NCBI GenBank assembly: GCA_965279525.1
Contig: CBDIIB010000005.1
Span: forward strand, 224,001-288,000
Length of the DNA: 64,000 nt
Direction: 5' to 3'
Origin: Tagaea sp.
Lineage (GTDB): Bacteria; Pseudomonadota; Alphaproteobacteria; CACIAM-22H2
How positions within the stretch are numbered: position 1 is the first letter of the stretch; each line of letters starts with the position of its first letter. The translations under genes and the position numbers were made by a program. The notes beneath the pieces were generated by a model. That model was given only the letters and a program-made list of their open reading frames with translations, was not told the DNA's origin and did not search any database. This document shows positions 1-9,902 of this stretch, in pieces.

Positions 1-317
1 TCGCCAAGGCTCTCCGCACTCTGCCACACGCCTTCGGGCACGATGAGCTGGGGAAGTTCGCCGGCGGCGATGCCGGGGCCGAGGATGCGGCGGTCTGGCA
101 TGAAGAGGGCGAGCGGCGATCCGGCGTACCAGTGCCAGATCTCGGCCGCGTCCACGCGGTGCCAGTGCGAGCGTTCGCCGGCCTTGAGCAGGTAGTAGAT
201 CGCGGTCATCGCCCCGCGCCCGCCATCGGGCGGGACATGGCGGAAGGTCTCGCGATAGTGGCCGCCCTCGGGATGCGGCTGCAAGCCGAGGGCGGCGATG
301 ATCGCGTCAGCGTTCAT
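1..317 (-). CDS. Cupin DUF985 (cupin_5) family protein, 3' end outside the window
   Basis: Manual translation MNADAIIAALGLQPHPEGGHYRETF...TAIYYLL...SHWHRVDAAEIWHWYAG; HPEGG and WHRV motifs; ATGA overlap with the GST stop; not in the ORF track. Confidence 0.9.
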   Translation of the reverse strand, partial: MNADAIIAALGLQPHPEGGHYRETFRHVPPDGGRGAMTAIYYLLKAGERSHWHRVDAAEIWHWYAGSPLALFMPDRRILGPGIAAGELPQLIVPEGVWQSAESLG

Positions 318-925
318 CCCGCCGGGACGGTCGCCTTGAACGAGGGGCGCTCGGACAGCTTCGCGTACCAGGCCTTCAGCTTCGGCCGGCCGGCGAAGAC
401 GTCGCCGAACACGGCGCGGAACTGCAGCCAGCCGAGACCTGCGGCAATCGCGATATGCCCGATCGTCAGGTCGCCCGACAGCGTCTCGATTTCCTTCTCG
501 AGCGCGTCGATGCCCTGGTTGGCCTTCATCGTCTGCCCGTCGATCCATTCCTTCCAGCGAAGCGCGTCGGGGCGCAGCGTCGTCTCGTAGCGCACGAGGA
601 TGGCGGCGTCGGTGATGCCGTCGCCCTGCGCTTCCAGGCGCAGCGCCTTCCAGCGCGCCCCGCCCGATTCCGGGATCAGCTTGCGGCCCGAATGGAGCGA
701 GTCGAGATAGGCGCAGATCACGCGGCTGTCGAACAGCACCTCGCCGCCGTCGGTCGTCAGGGTGGGCACCTTCATCAGCGGATTGTCGCGCGCCAGCGCC
801 GCGTTGGGCTGGTCCGGGCGGACGGCGGTCGCGACCTTCTCGATCTTGTCGGCAAGGCCGCACTCGTGGGCGACGATCATGACCTTGCGGACATAGGGGC
901 TGATGGGACCGTAGGCGAGCTTCAT
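314..925 (-). CDS. Glutathione S-transferase family protein
   Basis: SPYVRKV, NPLMKVPTL, LFDSRVIC motifs; start placed at MKLAY. Confidence 0.9.
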   Translation of the reverse strand: MKLAYGPISPYVRKVMIVAHECGLADKIEKVATAVRPDQPNAALARDNPLMKVPTLTTDGGEVLFDSRVICAYLDSLHSGRKLIPESGGARWKALRLEAQGDGITDAAILVRYETTLRPDALRWKEWIDGQTMKANQGIDALEKEIETLSGDLTIGHIAIAAGLGWLQFRAVFGDVFAGRPKLKAWYAKLSERPSFKATVPAG

Positions 926-989
926 CGGGCTACTCCGGGGCGTTTCCAGGCTTTCGGGACGCACAGCCTAGAGGGCCGGGCGCGCGGCT

Positions 990-2771
990 TCAACGGACGA
1001 GTGCGCGGACCGCGTCGCGGATGCGGTGCAGGAAGCGCAGCACCGGCAGGCGTTCGTCCGGCGCCTCCAGTTCGAGGCCGACTTTCACGGCGCGGCCCTT
1101 GACGATTTCCTGCACGACCAGCTCGACGGGGCCGAAAACCACGCGGTCGCCGGCGACGGCATCGGGACCCAGGCGCGCGGCGAGGAAGTCGGCCAGCGTC
1201 ACCTCGCCGTCGGCCGGATCGAAGGGCAGGCCATACTGCACGCACAGCGAGTCGAGCTTGAGATCGCCCGAGAACGTGAACTCGCCGCCGTCGTCGACGT
1301 TCTTGCGCCGCACCGGACGCGGGGCGAACAGCCGGTCGAGCGCCATCGTGTGCTCGGGCGGCACCAGCGCGATGATCTGGTCGTCGGCGGCAAGCCGGTC
1401 CAGCTCCTGGCGGTTCATCAGCGTGCCGTCGCGGATCACCGCGATGATGCGCGCGCGCCGCGGCAGCGCCAGTTCCGCGAAGGCACGGTCGAGGGCCGGA
1501 CTGTGCGGGGCCACGCGCCAGCTCGCCGCGTCGCGGTCGGCGACGACGGGAAGGTCGAGATCGCTGCGGCCGATCTGCTCGGTCTGCGGCGGCAGAGCGA
1601 GGCCCAGGAAGCGCGCGGCCGGGCCCACGGTCCAGCCCTGGATCGCCAGCGAGGCGAGCACGACGACGAACGCGACGTTGAAATACGTCATCGCGTCGTT
1701 GACGCCGGCGATGACCGGGATCGACGCGAGGAAGATCGGTACGGCGCCGCGCAGGCCGACCCACGAGATGAAAACCTTCTCGCGCTTGCCGAACTTCGAG
1801 AAGGCAAGGCAGAGCATGACGGCCGCGGGCCGCGCCACGAAGATCAGCGCCAGCGCGATCGCGATCTCGCTCCAGCCGTTCTGGATCAGCTTCGAGGGCG
1901 TCACGAGCATGCCGAGCATCAGGAACATGACGATCTGCGCGATCCACGCGAGCCCGTCGTGGAAGCGCAGGATCGTCGCCTGCGCGCGGTGGCGCCGGTT
2001 GCCGAGCACGAGGCCGGCGAGATAGACGGCAAGGAACCCCGACGCCTCGACCGACTGGGCGGCCGCGAAAACGGTGATCGCGAAGGCCGCGCACAGCACC
2101 GGATAGAGCCCGCCCGCGAGGTCGGCGCGGTTGACGAGCCAGACGAGCGCGAAGCCGCCGGCGATGCCGATCGCCGCCCCGCCCAGCATCTGGACCGCGA
2201 AGAAGACCGCCAGATGCAGCCCCGGCTCGGCCGCCGGGTGCAGCATGTATTCGACGCATGCGACCGTCAGGAACACGGCCATCGGGTCGTTGATGCCGCT
2301 CTCGACCTCCAGCGTGGCCGTGACGCGCTTGTTGAGTTCGGTGCCGCGCATGTTGAGCAGCAGGAACACGGCGGCGGCGTCGGTCGACGCGACGATGGCG
2401 CCCACGAGGAAGGCGCCCACGGGGGGCAGGTCGAGCAGGAACCACGCGAGCACGCCGATGAGGGCCGCGGTCAGCATCACGCCGACCGTGGCGAGGCCAA
2501 GGGCCCCACGCCACGCCAGCCGGATCGCCTGGCGCGGCGTGCGCAGCGCGCCGTCGAACAGCACGATGGCGAGTGCGACCGAGCCGACGAGATAGGTGAG
2601 GCCGAAGTCGCTGAACGGGATGCCGCCCGGCCCGTCCTCGCCCGCCAGCATGCCGAGGCCGAGGAAGACGAGCAGCAGCGGGGCGCCGAGCCGCGAGGAG
2701 AACATGCCCGCAAGGATGCTGATGACGACGAGGAATCCGCCCAGCAGGATGAAATGGTGGATCTGCTCCAT
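990..2771 (-). CDS. cvrA: K+/H+ antiporter CvrA/NhaP2 (CPA1) with TrkA-C and CorC-like C-terminal domains
   Basis: STDAAAVF, LEVESGINDPMAVFL, WVGLRGAVPI; multiple TM helices. Confidence 0.92.
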   Translation of the reverse strand: MEQIHHFILLGGFLVVISILAGMFSSRLGAPLLLVFLGLGMLAGEDGPGGIPFSDFGLTYLVGSVALAIVLFDGALRTPRQAIRLAWRGALGLATVGVMLTAALIGVLAWFLLDLPPVGAFLVGAIVASTDAAAVFLLLNMRGTELNKRVTATLEVESGINDPMAVFLTVACVEYMLHPAAEPGLHLAVFFAVQMLGGAAIGIAGGFALVWLVNRADLAGGLYPVLCAAFAITVFAAAQSVEASGFLAVYLAGLVLGNRRHRAQATILRFHDGLAWIAQIVMFLMLGMLVTPSKLIQNGWSEIAIALALIFVARPAAVMLCLAFSKFGKREKVFISWVGLRGAVPIFLASIPVIAGVNDAMTYFNVAFVVVLASLAIQGWTVGPAARFLGLALPPQTEQIGRSDLDLPVVADRDAASWRVAPHSPALDRAFAELALPRRARIIAVIRDGTLMNRQELDRLAADDQIIALVPPEHTMALDRLFAPRPVRRKNVDDGGEFTFSGDLKLDSLCVQYGLPFDPADGEVTLADFLAARLGPDAVAGDRVVFGPVELVVQEIVKGRAVKVGLELEAPDERLPVLRFLHRIRDAVRALVR

Positions 2772-2854
2772 TGCCGGCCATCTTAGTCAGGATGACGGCG
2801 GAAATGGGGAGCGAAGTTGCGCAAAATCCCGTGCCGTCGGAAACTCCGCCCCGC

Positions 2855-3598
2855 ATGTGGACCGATGTCGTCGATCTCCGCGATTTCTACGCGAGCCCGC
2901 TGGGCCAGACCGCGCGCCGGCTGATCGCGCGCCACATATCCGACATGTGGCCCGACACGAAGGGCCAGGCCGTGCTGGGGCTGGGCTATGCCGTGCCCTA
3001 CCTGCGCGCGTTCCGGCAGGAATCGGCGCGCTGCATCGCGATGATGCCGGCCCCGCAGGGCGTGCTGCACTGGCCGCCCGAAGGCCCCAACGCGACGAGC
3101 CTGGTCGAGGAAGAAGCGCTGCCGCTGCCCGACATGTCGGTCGACCGCGTGCTGCTGGTCCACGCGGTCGAGCATGCCGAGGCATTGCGCCCGTTCCTGC
3201 GCGAGGTATGGCGCGTGCTGACGGGAAGCGGACGCGTGCTGATCGTGGTGCCCAACCGGCGCGGCATCTGGGCGCGGCTCGACCGCACGCCGTTCGGCCA
3301 CGGCCATCCCTATACGGTCGGCCAGCTCAAGCACCTGCTGCGCGACAACCTGTTCGTGCCCCAGCAGACGCGCAGCGGGCTGTTCCTGCCGCCGCTGGGC
3401 GGCCGGCTGTGGCTTTCCGCGGCCGACGCGTGGGAGGCGGCGGGTGCGCGCGTGTTTCCGGCCCTTGCCGGCGTGGCGCTGGTCGAGGCGACCAAGACGC
3501 TCTATGCGCCCACGCCCGTGCGCGTGGGCATGCGCGTGCGTGCGCGCGTCCAGGCCCCGGCCCAGGCCCAGGCATCCGGGCTCGTGCGCCGGCGATGA
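2855..3598 (+). CDS. Class I SAM-dependent methyltransferase (type 11)
   Basis: MWTDVVDLRDFYASPLG, VLGLGYAVPYL, LPLPDMSVDRVLLVH, VPNRRGIW, TPFGHGHPY. Confidence 0.85.
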   Translation: MWTDVVDLRDFYASPLGQTARRLIARHISDMWPDTKGQAVLGLGYAVPYLRAFRQESARCIAMMPAPQGVLHWPPEGPNATSLVEEEALPLPDMSVDRVLLVHAVEHAEALRPFLREVWRVLTGSGRVLIVVPNRRGIWARLDRTPFGHGHPYTVGQLKHLLRDNLFVPQQTRSGLFLPPLGGRLWLSAADAWEAAGARVFPALAGVALVEATKTLYAPTPVRVGMRVRARVQAPAQAQASGLVRRR

Positions 3599-4488
3599 TC
3601 GTCGCGTTCGCACCCGCCAAGCTCAACCTGTCGCTCCAGGTCGTGGGCAAGCGGATCGACGGGTATCACCTGCTCGACTCGCTCGTCGCCTTCGCCGACA
3701 TCGGCGACGAAATCGTCGTGGCGCCCAACGAACTGCTGACGCTGTCGATCGACGGGCCCTTCGCGCCTTCGCTCCTCGAAACGCCCGACAACCTCGTGCT
3801 GCGTGCCGCACGCGCGTTGGCCGAATCGCTCGGCGTGGCGGACGGGGCCAAGATCCGGCTCACCAAGAACCTGCCGGTGGCGAGCGGGATCGGCGGCGGC
3901 TCGGCCGACGCCGGCGCCACGCTGCGGGCGCTGGGGCAGCTCTGGGGCGGCCTGCCCGAGGCCGACCGGCTGGCCGAACTGGCCTATGCGCTGGGGGCCG
4001 ACACGATCGCGTGTCTTGCATCGACGCCCGCCTGGATGTCGGGCACGGGCGAGATCCTCGAACCGGTCGGCCCGTTGCCCGAGGCGGGCCTCGTGCTCGT
4101 CAATCCGGGCGTCGCGGTGGCCACGCCGCAGGTCTTCCGGGCACGCAGCGGGCCCTTTTCGAAACCGGCCCGGTTCGACATCCCGGGCGACGCGGCCGGG
4201 CTTGCCCGGGCACTGGCCGGGACTGCCAACGACCTCGCTGCATCGGCGCGCACGCTGGCACCCGAGATCGGCGCGGTGCTTGCGGCACTCGAAAGCCTGC
4301 CCGGAACGCTGATCGCGCGGATGTCGGGCAGCGGGGCGACCTGTTTTGCGCTGTTCGCGGACCGGGCGCAGGCGGCGGCCGCCGCAGCGACCTTGCGCGC
4401 ATCGTCCGCCCCGGGCTGGTGGGTGGCGTCCGGGGGCTGGCATAAACCGCCGGAACCCGCCGTTGTCGGGTCTCACGGGGGGTGCTAA
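3595..4488 (+). CDS. ispE: 4-diphosphocytidyl-2-C-methyl-D-erythritol kinase
   Basis: APAKLNLSL...DGYHLLDSL, KNLPVASGIGGGSADA (GHMP motif), RMSGSGATCF; ATGA overlap with the upstream gene. Confidence 0.95.
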   Translation: MIVAFAPAKLNLSLQVVGKRIDGYHLLDSLVAFADIGDEIVVAPNELLTLSIDGPFAPSLLETPDNLVLRAARALAESLGVADGAKIRLTKNLPVASGIGGGSADAGATLRALGQLWGGLPEADRLAELAYALGADTIACLASTPAWMSGTGEILEPVGPLPEAGLVLVNPGVAVATPQVFRARSGPFSKPARFDIPGDAAGLARALAGTANDLAASARTLAPEIGAVLAALESLPGTLIARMSGSGATCFALFADRAQAAAAAATLRASSAPGWWVASGGWHKPPEPAVVGSHGGC

Positions 4489-4524
4489 ACCCCCTCTTCG
4501 CTGGTCTCTTTTCCGGAAGCCGAA

Positions 4525-5595
4525 ATGTCGCAGAAAGTCGCACTCATCACCGGGGTCACGGGCCAGGACGGTGCCTATCTGGCCGAAATGCTGCTGGAAA
4601 AGGGCTACATCGTCCACGGGGTGAAGCGCCGCTCGTCGTCGTTCAACACCGCGCGCATCGACCATCTCTATGCCGACCGGCACGAGCAGGGCGTGCGCTT
4701 CTTCATGCACTATGGCGACCTGACGGATTCGACGAACCTGATCCGGCTCGTCCAGCAGACCCAGCCGACCGAGATCTACAATCTCGCGGCCCAGAGCCAC
4801 GTCGCGGTCAGCTTCGAGACGCCGGAATACACTGCCAACGCCGACGGCATCGGCACGCTGCGCCTGCTGGAAGCCATCCGCATCCTCGGCATGGAGAAGA
4901 CCGCGCGGTTCTACCAGGCATCGACGTCGGAGCTGTACGGGCTCGTGCAGGAGCGCCCGCAGAGCGAGAAGACGCCGTTCTATCCGCGCAGCCCCTACGC
5001 CGCCGCCAAGCTCTATGCCTACTGGATCACGGTCAACTACCGCGAGGCCTACGGCATCCACGCGTCGAACGGCATCCTGTTCAACCACGAGGGCCCGACG
5101 CGCGGCGAGACCTTCGTCACGCGCAAGATCAGCCGGGCAGCGGCCGCCATCAAGCTCGGCATGCAGAAGAAGCTCTATCTGGGCAATATCGACAGCTTCC
5201 GCGACTGGGGCCACGCGCGCGACTACGTCGAAGGCATGTGGCTGATGCTGCAGCAGGCCGAAGGCGACGACTACGTGCTCGCCACCGGCGAGACGCAGAC
5301 GGTGCGCGAGTTCGTCAACATCGCCTTCGCCCAGATCGGCAAGCCCATCGAATGGAAGGGCAAGGGCGTGGACGAGAAGGGCCTGGATGCCAGGACCGGC
5401 GAGGTCCTCATCGAGATCGATCCGCGCTATTTCCGCCCGACGGAAGTCGACTACCTGCTCGGCGACCCGACCAAGGCGCGCACCAAGCTCGGCTGGAAGC
5501 ACAAGATCAGCTTCCGCGATCTCGTGAAGGAGATGGTCGAGTCCGACCTCCGGCTCGTCGAACGCGAGCGTCACCGCAATGACCGGTCGGCCTGA
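4525..5595 (+). CDS. gmd: GDP-mannose 4,6-dehydratase
   Basis: [49 protein letters not shown]. Confidence 0.97.
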   Translation: MSQKVALITGVTGQDGAYLAEMLLEKGYIVHGVKRRSSSFNTARIDHLYADRHEQGVRFFMHYGDLTDSTNLIRLVQQTQPTEIYNLAAQSHVAVSFETPEYTANADGIGTLRLLEAIRILGMEKTARFYQASTSELYGLVQERPQSEKTPFYPRSPYAAAKLYAYWITVNYREAYGIHASNGILFNHEGPTRGETFVTRKISRAAAAIKLGMQKKLYLGNIDSFRDWGHARDYVEGMWLMLQQAEGDDYVLATGETQTVREFVNIAFAQIGKPIEWKGKGVDEKGLDARTGEVLIEIDPRYFRPTEVDYLLGDPTKARTKLGWKHKISFRDLVKEMVESDLRLVERERHRNDRSA

Positions 5596-5596
5596 G

Positions 5597-6541
5597 ATGT
5601 TCGACCTCGCCGGCAAGCGCGTCTTCGTCGCCGGAAACCGCGGCATGGTGGGCGCTGCCCTCGTGCGGCGGCTTGCGGCCGAGAACTGCACGATCCTGAC
5701 GGCGCCCAAGGCCGAGCTCGACCTGACGCGCCAGGCGCCGGTCGAAGCGTGGCTCGCGCGCGAGAAGCCCGACGCCGTCTTCCTCGCCGCCGCGCGCGTC
5801 GGCGGCATCCACGCCAACAACTCGCGGCCGGCGGAGTTCCTCTACGAGAACCTCGCGATCCAGAGTGCGGTGATGCACGGCGCTTTCAAGGCGGGCGTGA
5901 AGAAGCTCTTGTTCCTCGGCTCGACCTGCATCTATCCGCGCCTTGCCCCGCAGCCGATGCGCGAGGATGCGCTGCTGACCGGCCCGCTCGAGCCGACCAA
6001 CGAGTGGTACGCGATCGCGAAGATCGCCGGTATCAAGATGTGCCATGCCTACAAGAAGCAGTACGGCGTCGACTTCATCGCCTGCATGCCGACCAATCTC
6101 TACGGGCCGCACGACAACTACGATCTCGAGATGGGCCACGTGCCCGCCGCGATCATCGCCAAGGTGCATCGCGCGAAGCTTGCCGGCGATCCGAGCATTC
6201 CGGTCTGGGGCGACGGCACGCCGCTGCGCGAATTCATGCATGTGGACGATCTCGCCGACGCGTGCGTCTTCCTGATGAAGAACTATACCGGGCTCGACGC
6301 GTTCAACGTGGGCACCGGCAAGGAAGTGTCGATCGCCGAGTTCGCCCGCACCGTGTGCAAGGTCGCCGGCTATTCCGGTTCCCTCGCCTTCGACACGAGC
6401 AAGCCCAATGGTGCTCCGCGCAAGCTCACTGACCCGTCGCGGCTGATGGCGCTGGGCTGGCGGCCGAAATACGAGCTCGAGCCCGGCCTCGCCGACGCCT
6501 ATCGCTGGTACGTCGAGAACGTCGCTTCGAAGTCCGCCTGA
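5597..6541 (+). CDS. fcl: GDP-L-fucose synthase
   Basis: AGNRGMVG, AAARVGGIHAN, FLGSTCIYP, LEPTNEWYAIAK, MPTNLYGP. Confidence 0.95.
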   Translation: MFDLAGKRVFVAGNRGMVGAALVRRLAAENCTILTAPKAELDLTRQAPVEAWLAREKPDAVFLAAARVGGIHANNSRPAEFLYENLAIQSAVMHGAFKAGVKKLLFLGSTCIYPRLAPQPMREDALLTGPLEPTNEWYAIAKIAGIKMCHAYKKQYGVDFIACMPTNLYGPHDNYDLEMGHVPAAIIAKVHRAKLAGDPSIPVWGDGTPLREFMHVDDLADACVFLMKNYTGLDAFNVGTGKEVSIAEFARTVCKVAGYSGSLAFDTSKPNGAPRKLTDPSRLMALGWRPKYELEPGLADAYRWYVENVASKSA

Positions 6542-6661
6542 ACCGGGGAAGCTGGCGAATTGCATTCTGCGAACGGCGCAGGCCGCACGCGCGAGCGTTG
6601 ACGGCGTCGGATTTATCCGCAAAAACTCCACACACCCCCCGCGTCTCCCGAGCAGGACGAG

Positions 6662-7864
6662 ATGAACGAGCAGAGACCCGGGCGCGCGAAAGCCGCCGCC
6701 CGGAATCCGATTCTTGAGCAGGTCCTCAGCGACAACTCGTCGGTCGTCCTCGACGTGGCCAAGCGGCGCCTGAAGACCGAGGGCGACAAGCCGCTCTTCG
6801 CCTGCCGCTCGCTCAATTCGACGATCATCTTCAAGATGCCGAATTTCGAGGAGCAGGAATCGCGCGGCGGCTCGGGCGACGACGCGTGGGATCTCGCGGC
6901 ACTTCTGCGCACGAAGACCGAGACGTCGGACCGCCCGATCGAGACCGGCATCTTCGTCCCCTATTCGCTCGCCGACCGGGCGGCGGGCGGCGTGATCCTC
7001 TATGTCCGCCAGCGGAACTTCGAGCAGCAGATGCGCGAGTTCGTCGGCCTCAACTACAGCCAGGCGGAAGGGCCGACCAAGCGCGACCAGGAGATCCTGC
7101 AACGCATCGACCAGGTGCCCTCGCTCGATCCGTTCCTGCTGAAGCAGGCGCTGCAGAAGGACTTCCCCGACATCGACCGCGCCTATTTCGACATCTCCGA
7201 CGCCGAGGATGCCGCGATCCGCGACACGATCTCGCGCAAGGTGCTCCCCATCGTCCAGAAGGCGCTCGATGGCAACAAGTCGGGCAAGGCCGCCCTCGAG
7301 ACCTTCGTCAACGCGATCTGGAACCCGACCGCCCCCGAGGCCTCGCTGTTCGTCTCGGCCTTCGGCATCTCCGCCTCGCAGACGCAGGAGACCTTCGAGG
7401 CGTGGCGCGGGATCACCTACTACGAATGGTCCTACGGGCGCATCGTCAAGCCGATCGCGCGCCTGCTGGGCTGGATCCAGTCCGAGCGTGCGCGTCCGAT
7501 CGACGGCCAGCGCGCCGGTGCCGCCGTGCGCCAGCAGCTCGAGGCGATGCGCGTCTCGGTCGGGCGCAAGCTCTCGGAGAATGCCCGGGAACCGGAGAAG
7601 TTCTTCCGCGACTACATGACCCGCCACGCCGAATTCGTCGACAGGAACGACCCGGTACGCTTCCGCGAGTTCCTGCGCACCGCGCGCAGCAACTACTGGC
7701 AGCTCGGCTGGTCGATCACGGCGCTGATCCATGTCGTGGGCATCTTCAGCCGCGCCGTGACGCGCGGCACCGACGGGCAGGTCTCGTCGGAAATTCTCTA
7801 CAATCTCTACCGCGACCTCGAGCAGGCGCTGCAGAAGAAGCAGCCGACCCAGGCCGCCCCGTGA
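6662..7864 (+). CDS. Hypothetical protein, 400 aa, mostly helical
   Basis: Strong host-like codon bias, AGGA upstream, PSLDPFLL motif; no recognisable catalytic motif. Confidence 0.8.
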   Translation: MNEQRPGRAKAAARNPILEQVLSDNSSVVLDVAKRRLKTEGDKPLFACRSLNSTIIFKMPNFEEQESRGGSGDDAWDLAALLRTKTETSDRPIETGIFVPYSLADRAAGGVILYVRQRNFEQQMREFVGLNYSQAEGPTKRDQEILQRIDQVPSLDPFLLKQALQKDFPDIDRAYFDISDAEDAAIRDTISRKVLPIVQKALDGNKSGKAALETFVNAIWNPTAPEASLFVSAFGISASQTQETFEAWRGITYYEWSYGRIVKPIARLLGWIQSERARPIDGQRAGAAVRQQLEAMRVSVGRKLSENAREPEKFFRDYMTRHAEFVDRNDPVRFREFLRTARSNYWQLGWSITALIHVVGIFSRAVTRGTDGQVSSEILYNLYRDLEQALQKKQPTQAAP

Positions 7865-7878
7865 CGCCGCCGATCCAC

Positions 7879-7907
7879 TCGACAAGCCGCACGCGCCGTT
7901 CTAGATA
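7879..7907 (+). promoter_or_regulatory. Putative sigma70 promoter of tRNA-Gln
   Basis: TCGACA-N17-TAGATA about 18 nt upstream of the tRNA. Confidence 0.5.
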
Positions 7908-7925
7908 GGTCGCCTGCGCGCCTGC

Positions 7926-8000
7926 TGGGGCGTCGCCAAGCGGTAAGGCACCGGTTTTTGGTACCGGCATTCCTAGGTTCGAATCCTAGCGCCCCAGCCA
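7926..8000 (+). tRNA. tRNA-Gln (anticodon TTG)
   Basis: Acceptor stem TGGGGCG/CGCCCCA, D arm GCCAAGCGGTAAGGC, anticodon stem CCGGT/ACCGG with loop TTTTGGT, GGTTCGAATCC T arm, encoded CCA. Confidence 0.97.
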
Positions 8001-8150
8001 TTTCCCTCCGTCGCCAGTCGATGCATCCGGCACGTCGCCCTGGGTCGCTGGGTATTTTCCGAAGCTGCCCGGCACATGCCACGGCCGACTAGCGTCGTCC
8101 GCACGGAGCACCGGCCGTCCCTCGATCCTCCGGATGCAGGGGAGAAGGCC

Positions 8151-9188
8151 ATGAAAGCGCTTGTCTACAACGGCCCCGGCAAGAAGGGGTTCGAAGACCG
8201 TCCCAAGCCGAAGATCGCCGCACCGACCGACGCCATCGTCAAGGTGACGACGACGACCATCTGCGGGACCGACCTTCACATCCTCAAGGGCGACGTGCCC
8301 ACCTGCGAGCCCGGCCGGATCCTCGGCCATGAAGGCGTCGGGGTCGTCGAGGCGGTGGGTGCTGGCGTCACGTCGGTCAAGCCGGGCGACAAGGTCCTGA
8401 TCTCGTGCATCAGCGCCTGCGGCAAGTGCGCGCCCTGCCGCAAGGGCATGCTCTCGCATTGCGCGACCGGCGGCTGGGTCCTCGGAAACACGATCGACGG
8501 CACGCAAGCCGAGTTCGTGCGCACGCCGCATGCCGACACCAGCCTCTTTATCATTCCCGAAGGCGTCGACGAAGAAGCACTGGTCATGCTGAGCGACATC
8601 CTGCCGACGGGGCTGGAATGCGGCGTGCTCAACGGCAAGGTCCAGCCCGGATGCACGGTTGCCATCGTCGGCTCGGGGCCGATCGGTCTGGCGGCACTGC
8701 TCACGGCCCAATTCTATTCGCCGGCCGAGATCATCATGATCGATCTCGACGACGGCCGCCTCGAAATCGCGAAGCGCCTTGGCGCCACGGCAACGATCAA
8801 CAGTGGCGACGGCAAGGCGCTGGAAGCGGTCATGAAGCTGACCGGCGGTCGCGGTGTCGACACCGCCATCGAGGCCGTCGGCATTCCCGCGACCTTCGAA
8901 CTATGTGCCGCGATCGTCGCGGCGGGCGGCATCGTCGCCAATGTCGGCGTGCACGGCGGACCGGTGGTCCTCCATCTCGAGAATCTCTGGCATCGGAACA
9001 TCGCGATCACGACGCGGCTGGTCGACACGTCCAGCACGCCGATGCTGCTGGGCATGCTGGCATCGGACAGGATCTCCGCCAAGGCGCTGGTCACGCACCG
9101 CTTCGGCTTCGACCGGATCCTCGACGCCTATGAAACCTTCGCCGACGCATCGCGCACGGGTGCGCTCAAGGTCGTCCTCGCGGTCTGA
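8151..9188 (+). CDS. Zinc-dependent alcohol dehydrogenase family protein
   Basis: ICGTDLH, GHEGVG, CGKCAPC...HC structural Zn site, GSGPIG; GGAGAAGG RBS. Confidence 0.93.
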   Translation: MKALVYNGPGKKGFEDRPKPKIAAPTDAIVKVTTTTICGTDLHILKGDVPTCEPGRILGHEGVGVVEAVGAGVTSVKPGDKVLISCISACGKCAPCRKGMLSHCATGGWVLGNTIDGTQAEFVRTPHADTSLFIIPEGVDEEALVMLSDILPTGLECGVLNGKVQPGCTVAIVGSGPIGLAALLTAQFYSPAEIIMIDLDDGRLEIAKRLGATATINSGDGKALEAVMKLTGGRGVDTAIEAVGIPATFELCAAIVAAGGIVANVGVHGGPVVLHLENLWHRNIAITTRLVDTSSTPMLLGMLASDRISAKALVTHRFGFDRILDAYETFADASRTGALKVVLAV

Positions 9189-9208
9189 GGCCAGGACCCC
9201 GTCCGCGA

Positions 9209-9865
9209 TCAGAACTCGACGTCGAGTTCCTCGACGTCTTCGGGCTCGGAAATCGCGGCCGCCGTCCATTCGACCAGCGGCGGAAATTTAAGCATCAGGT
9301 CGCGATACGCGGCCGAGACCGGATCGAGCTTCACGTCGTAGGTGGCAAAGCGCGTGCAGACCGGCGCGTACATGGCGTCCGCCACCGTGGGCTTCTTCCC
9401 GAAAAGATACGGCCCGCCATAGCGCTGCAGGCATTCGCGCCAGATCGCGGTCACGCGCTCGATGTCGGCTTGCGCGCCGGCCCAGATCTTGAAGTCGTCG
9501 TGGCGGGCCTTCAGGTTCATCGGCAGCGCCGACCGGAGATTGGCGAAGCCGGAATGCATCTCGCCGCAGACCGCGCGGCAGTGCGGCCGGGCCACCGGGT
9601 CGGCGGGCCACAGCCCGGCACCGGGCTTCAGCTCGTGCAGGTATTCCGCGATCGCCAGACTGTCCCAGACCTTGACCTTTCCGTGCACCAGACAGGGCAC
9701 GAGGAAGGACGGCGACAGGTGCAGCAGCTCCGCGCGGGTCGCCGGATCGTCCCACGGGGCGACTTTCTCCTCGAAATCCAGTCCGGCCATCTTGCACAGC
9801 AGCCAGCCGCGCAACGACCAAGAGGAATAGTTCTTGCTACTGATCGTGAGTGAAGCTTCGGCCAT
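9209..9865 (-). CDS. Glutathione S-transferase family protein
   Basis: SKNYSSWSLRGWL, VWDSLAIAEY, EMHSGF, ADAMYAPV. Confidence 0.92.
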   Translation of the reverse strand: MAEASLTISSKNYSSWSLRGWLLCKMAGLDFEEKVAPWDDPATRAELLHLSPSFLVPCLVHGKVKVWDSLAIAEYLHELKPGAGLWPADPVARPHCRAVCGEMHSGFANLRSALPMNLKARHDDFKIWAGAQADIERVTAIWRECLQRYGGPYLFGKKPTVADAMYAPVCTRFATYDVKLDPVSAAYRDLMLKFPPLVEWTAAAISEPEDVEELDVEF

Positions 9866-9902
9866 GCCGCCGGAAATGCAAATATCGAGCCTGTTGCCGC
9901 AG

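Noticed and set aside
6613-6621. One-mismatch DnaA-like box TTATCCGCA near a TTGACG
   Set aside because: Single imperfect site, with no good -10 element and no box cluster
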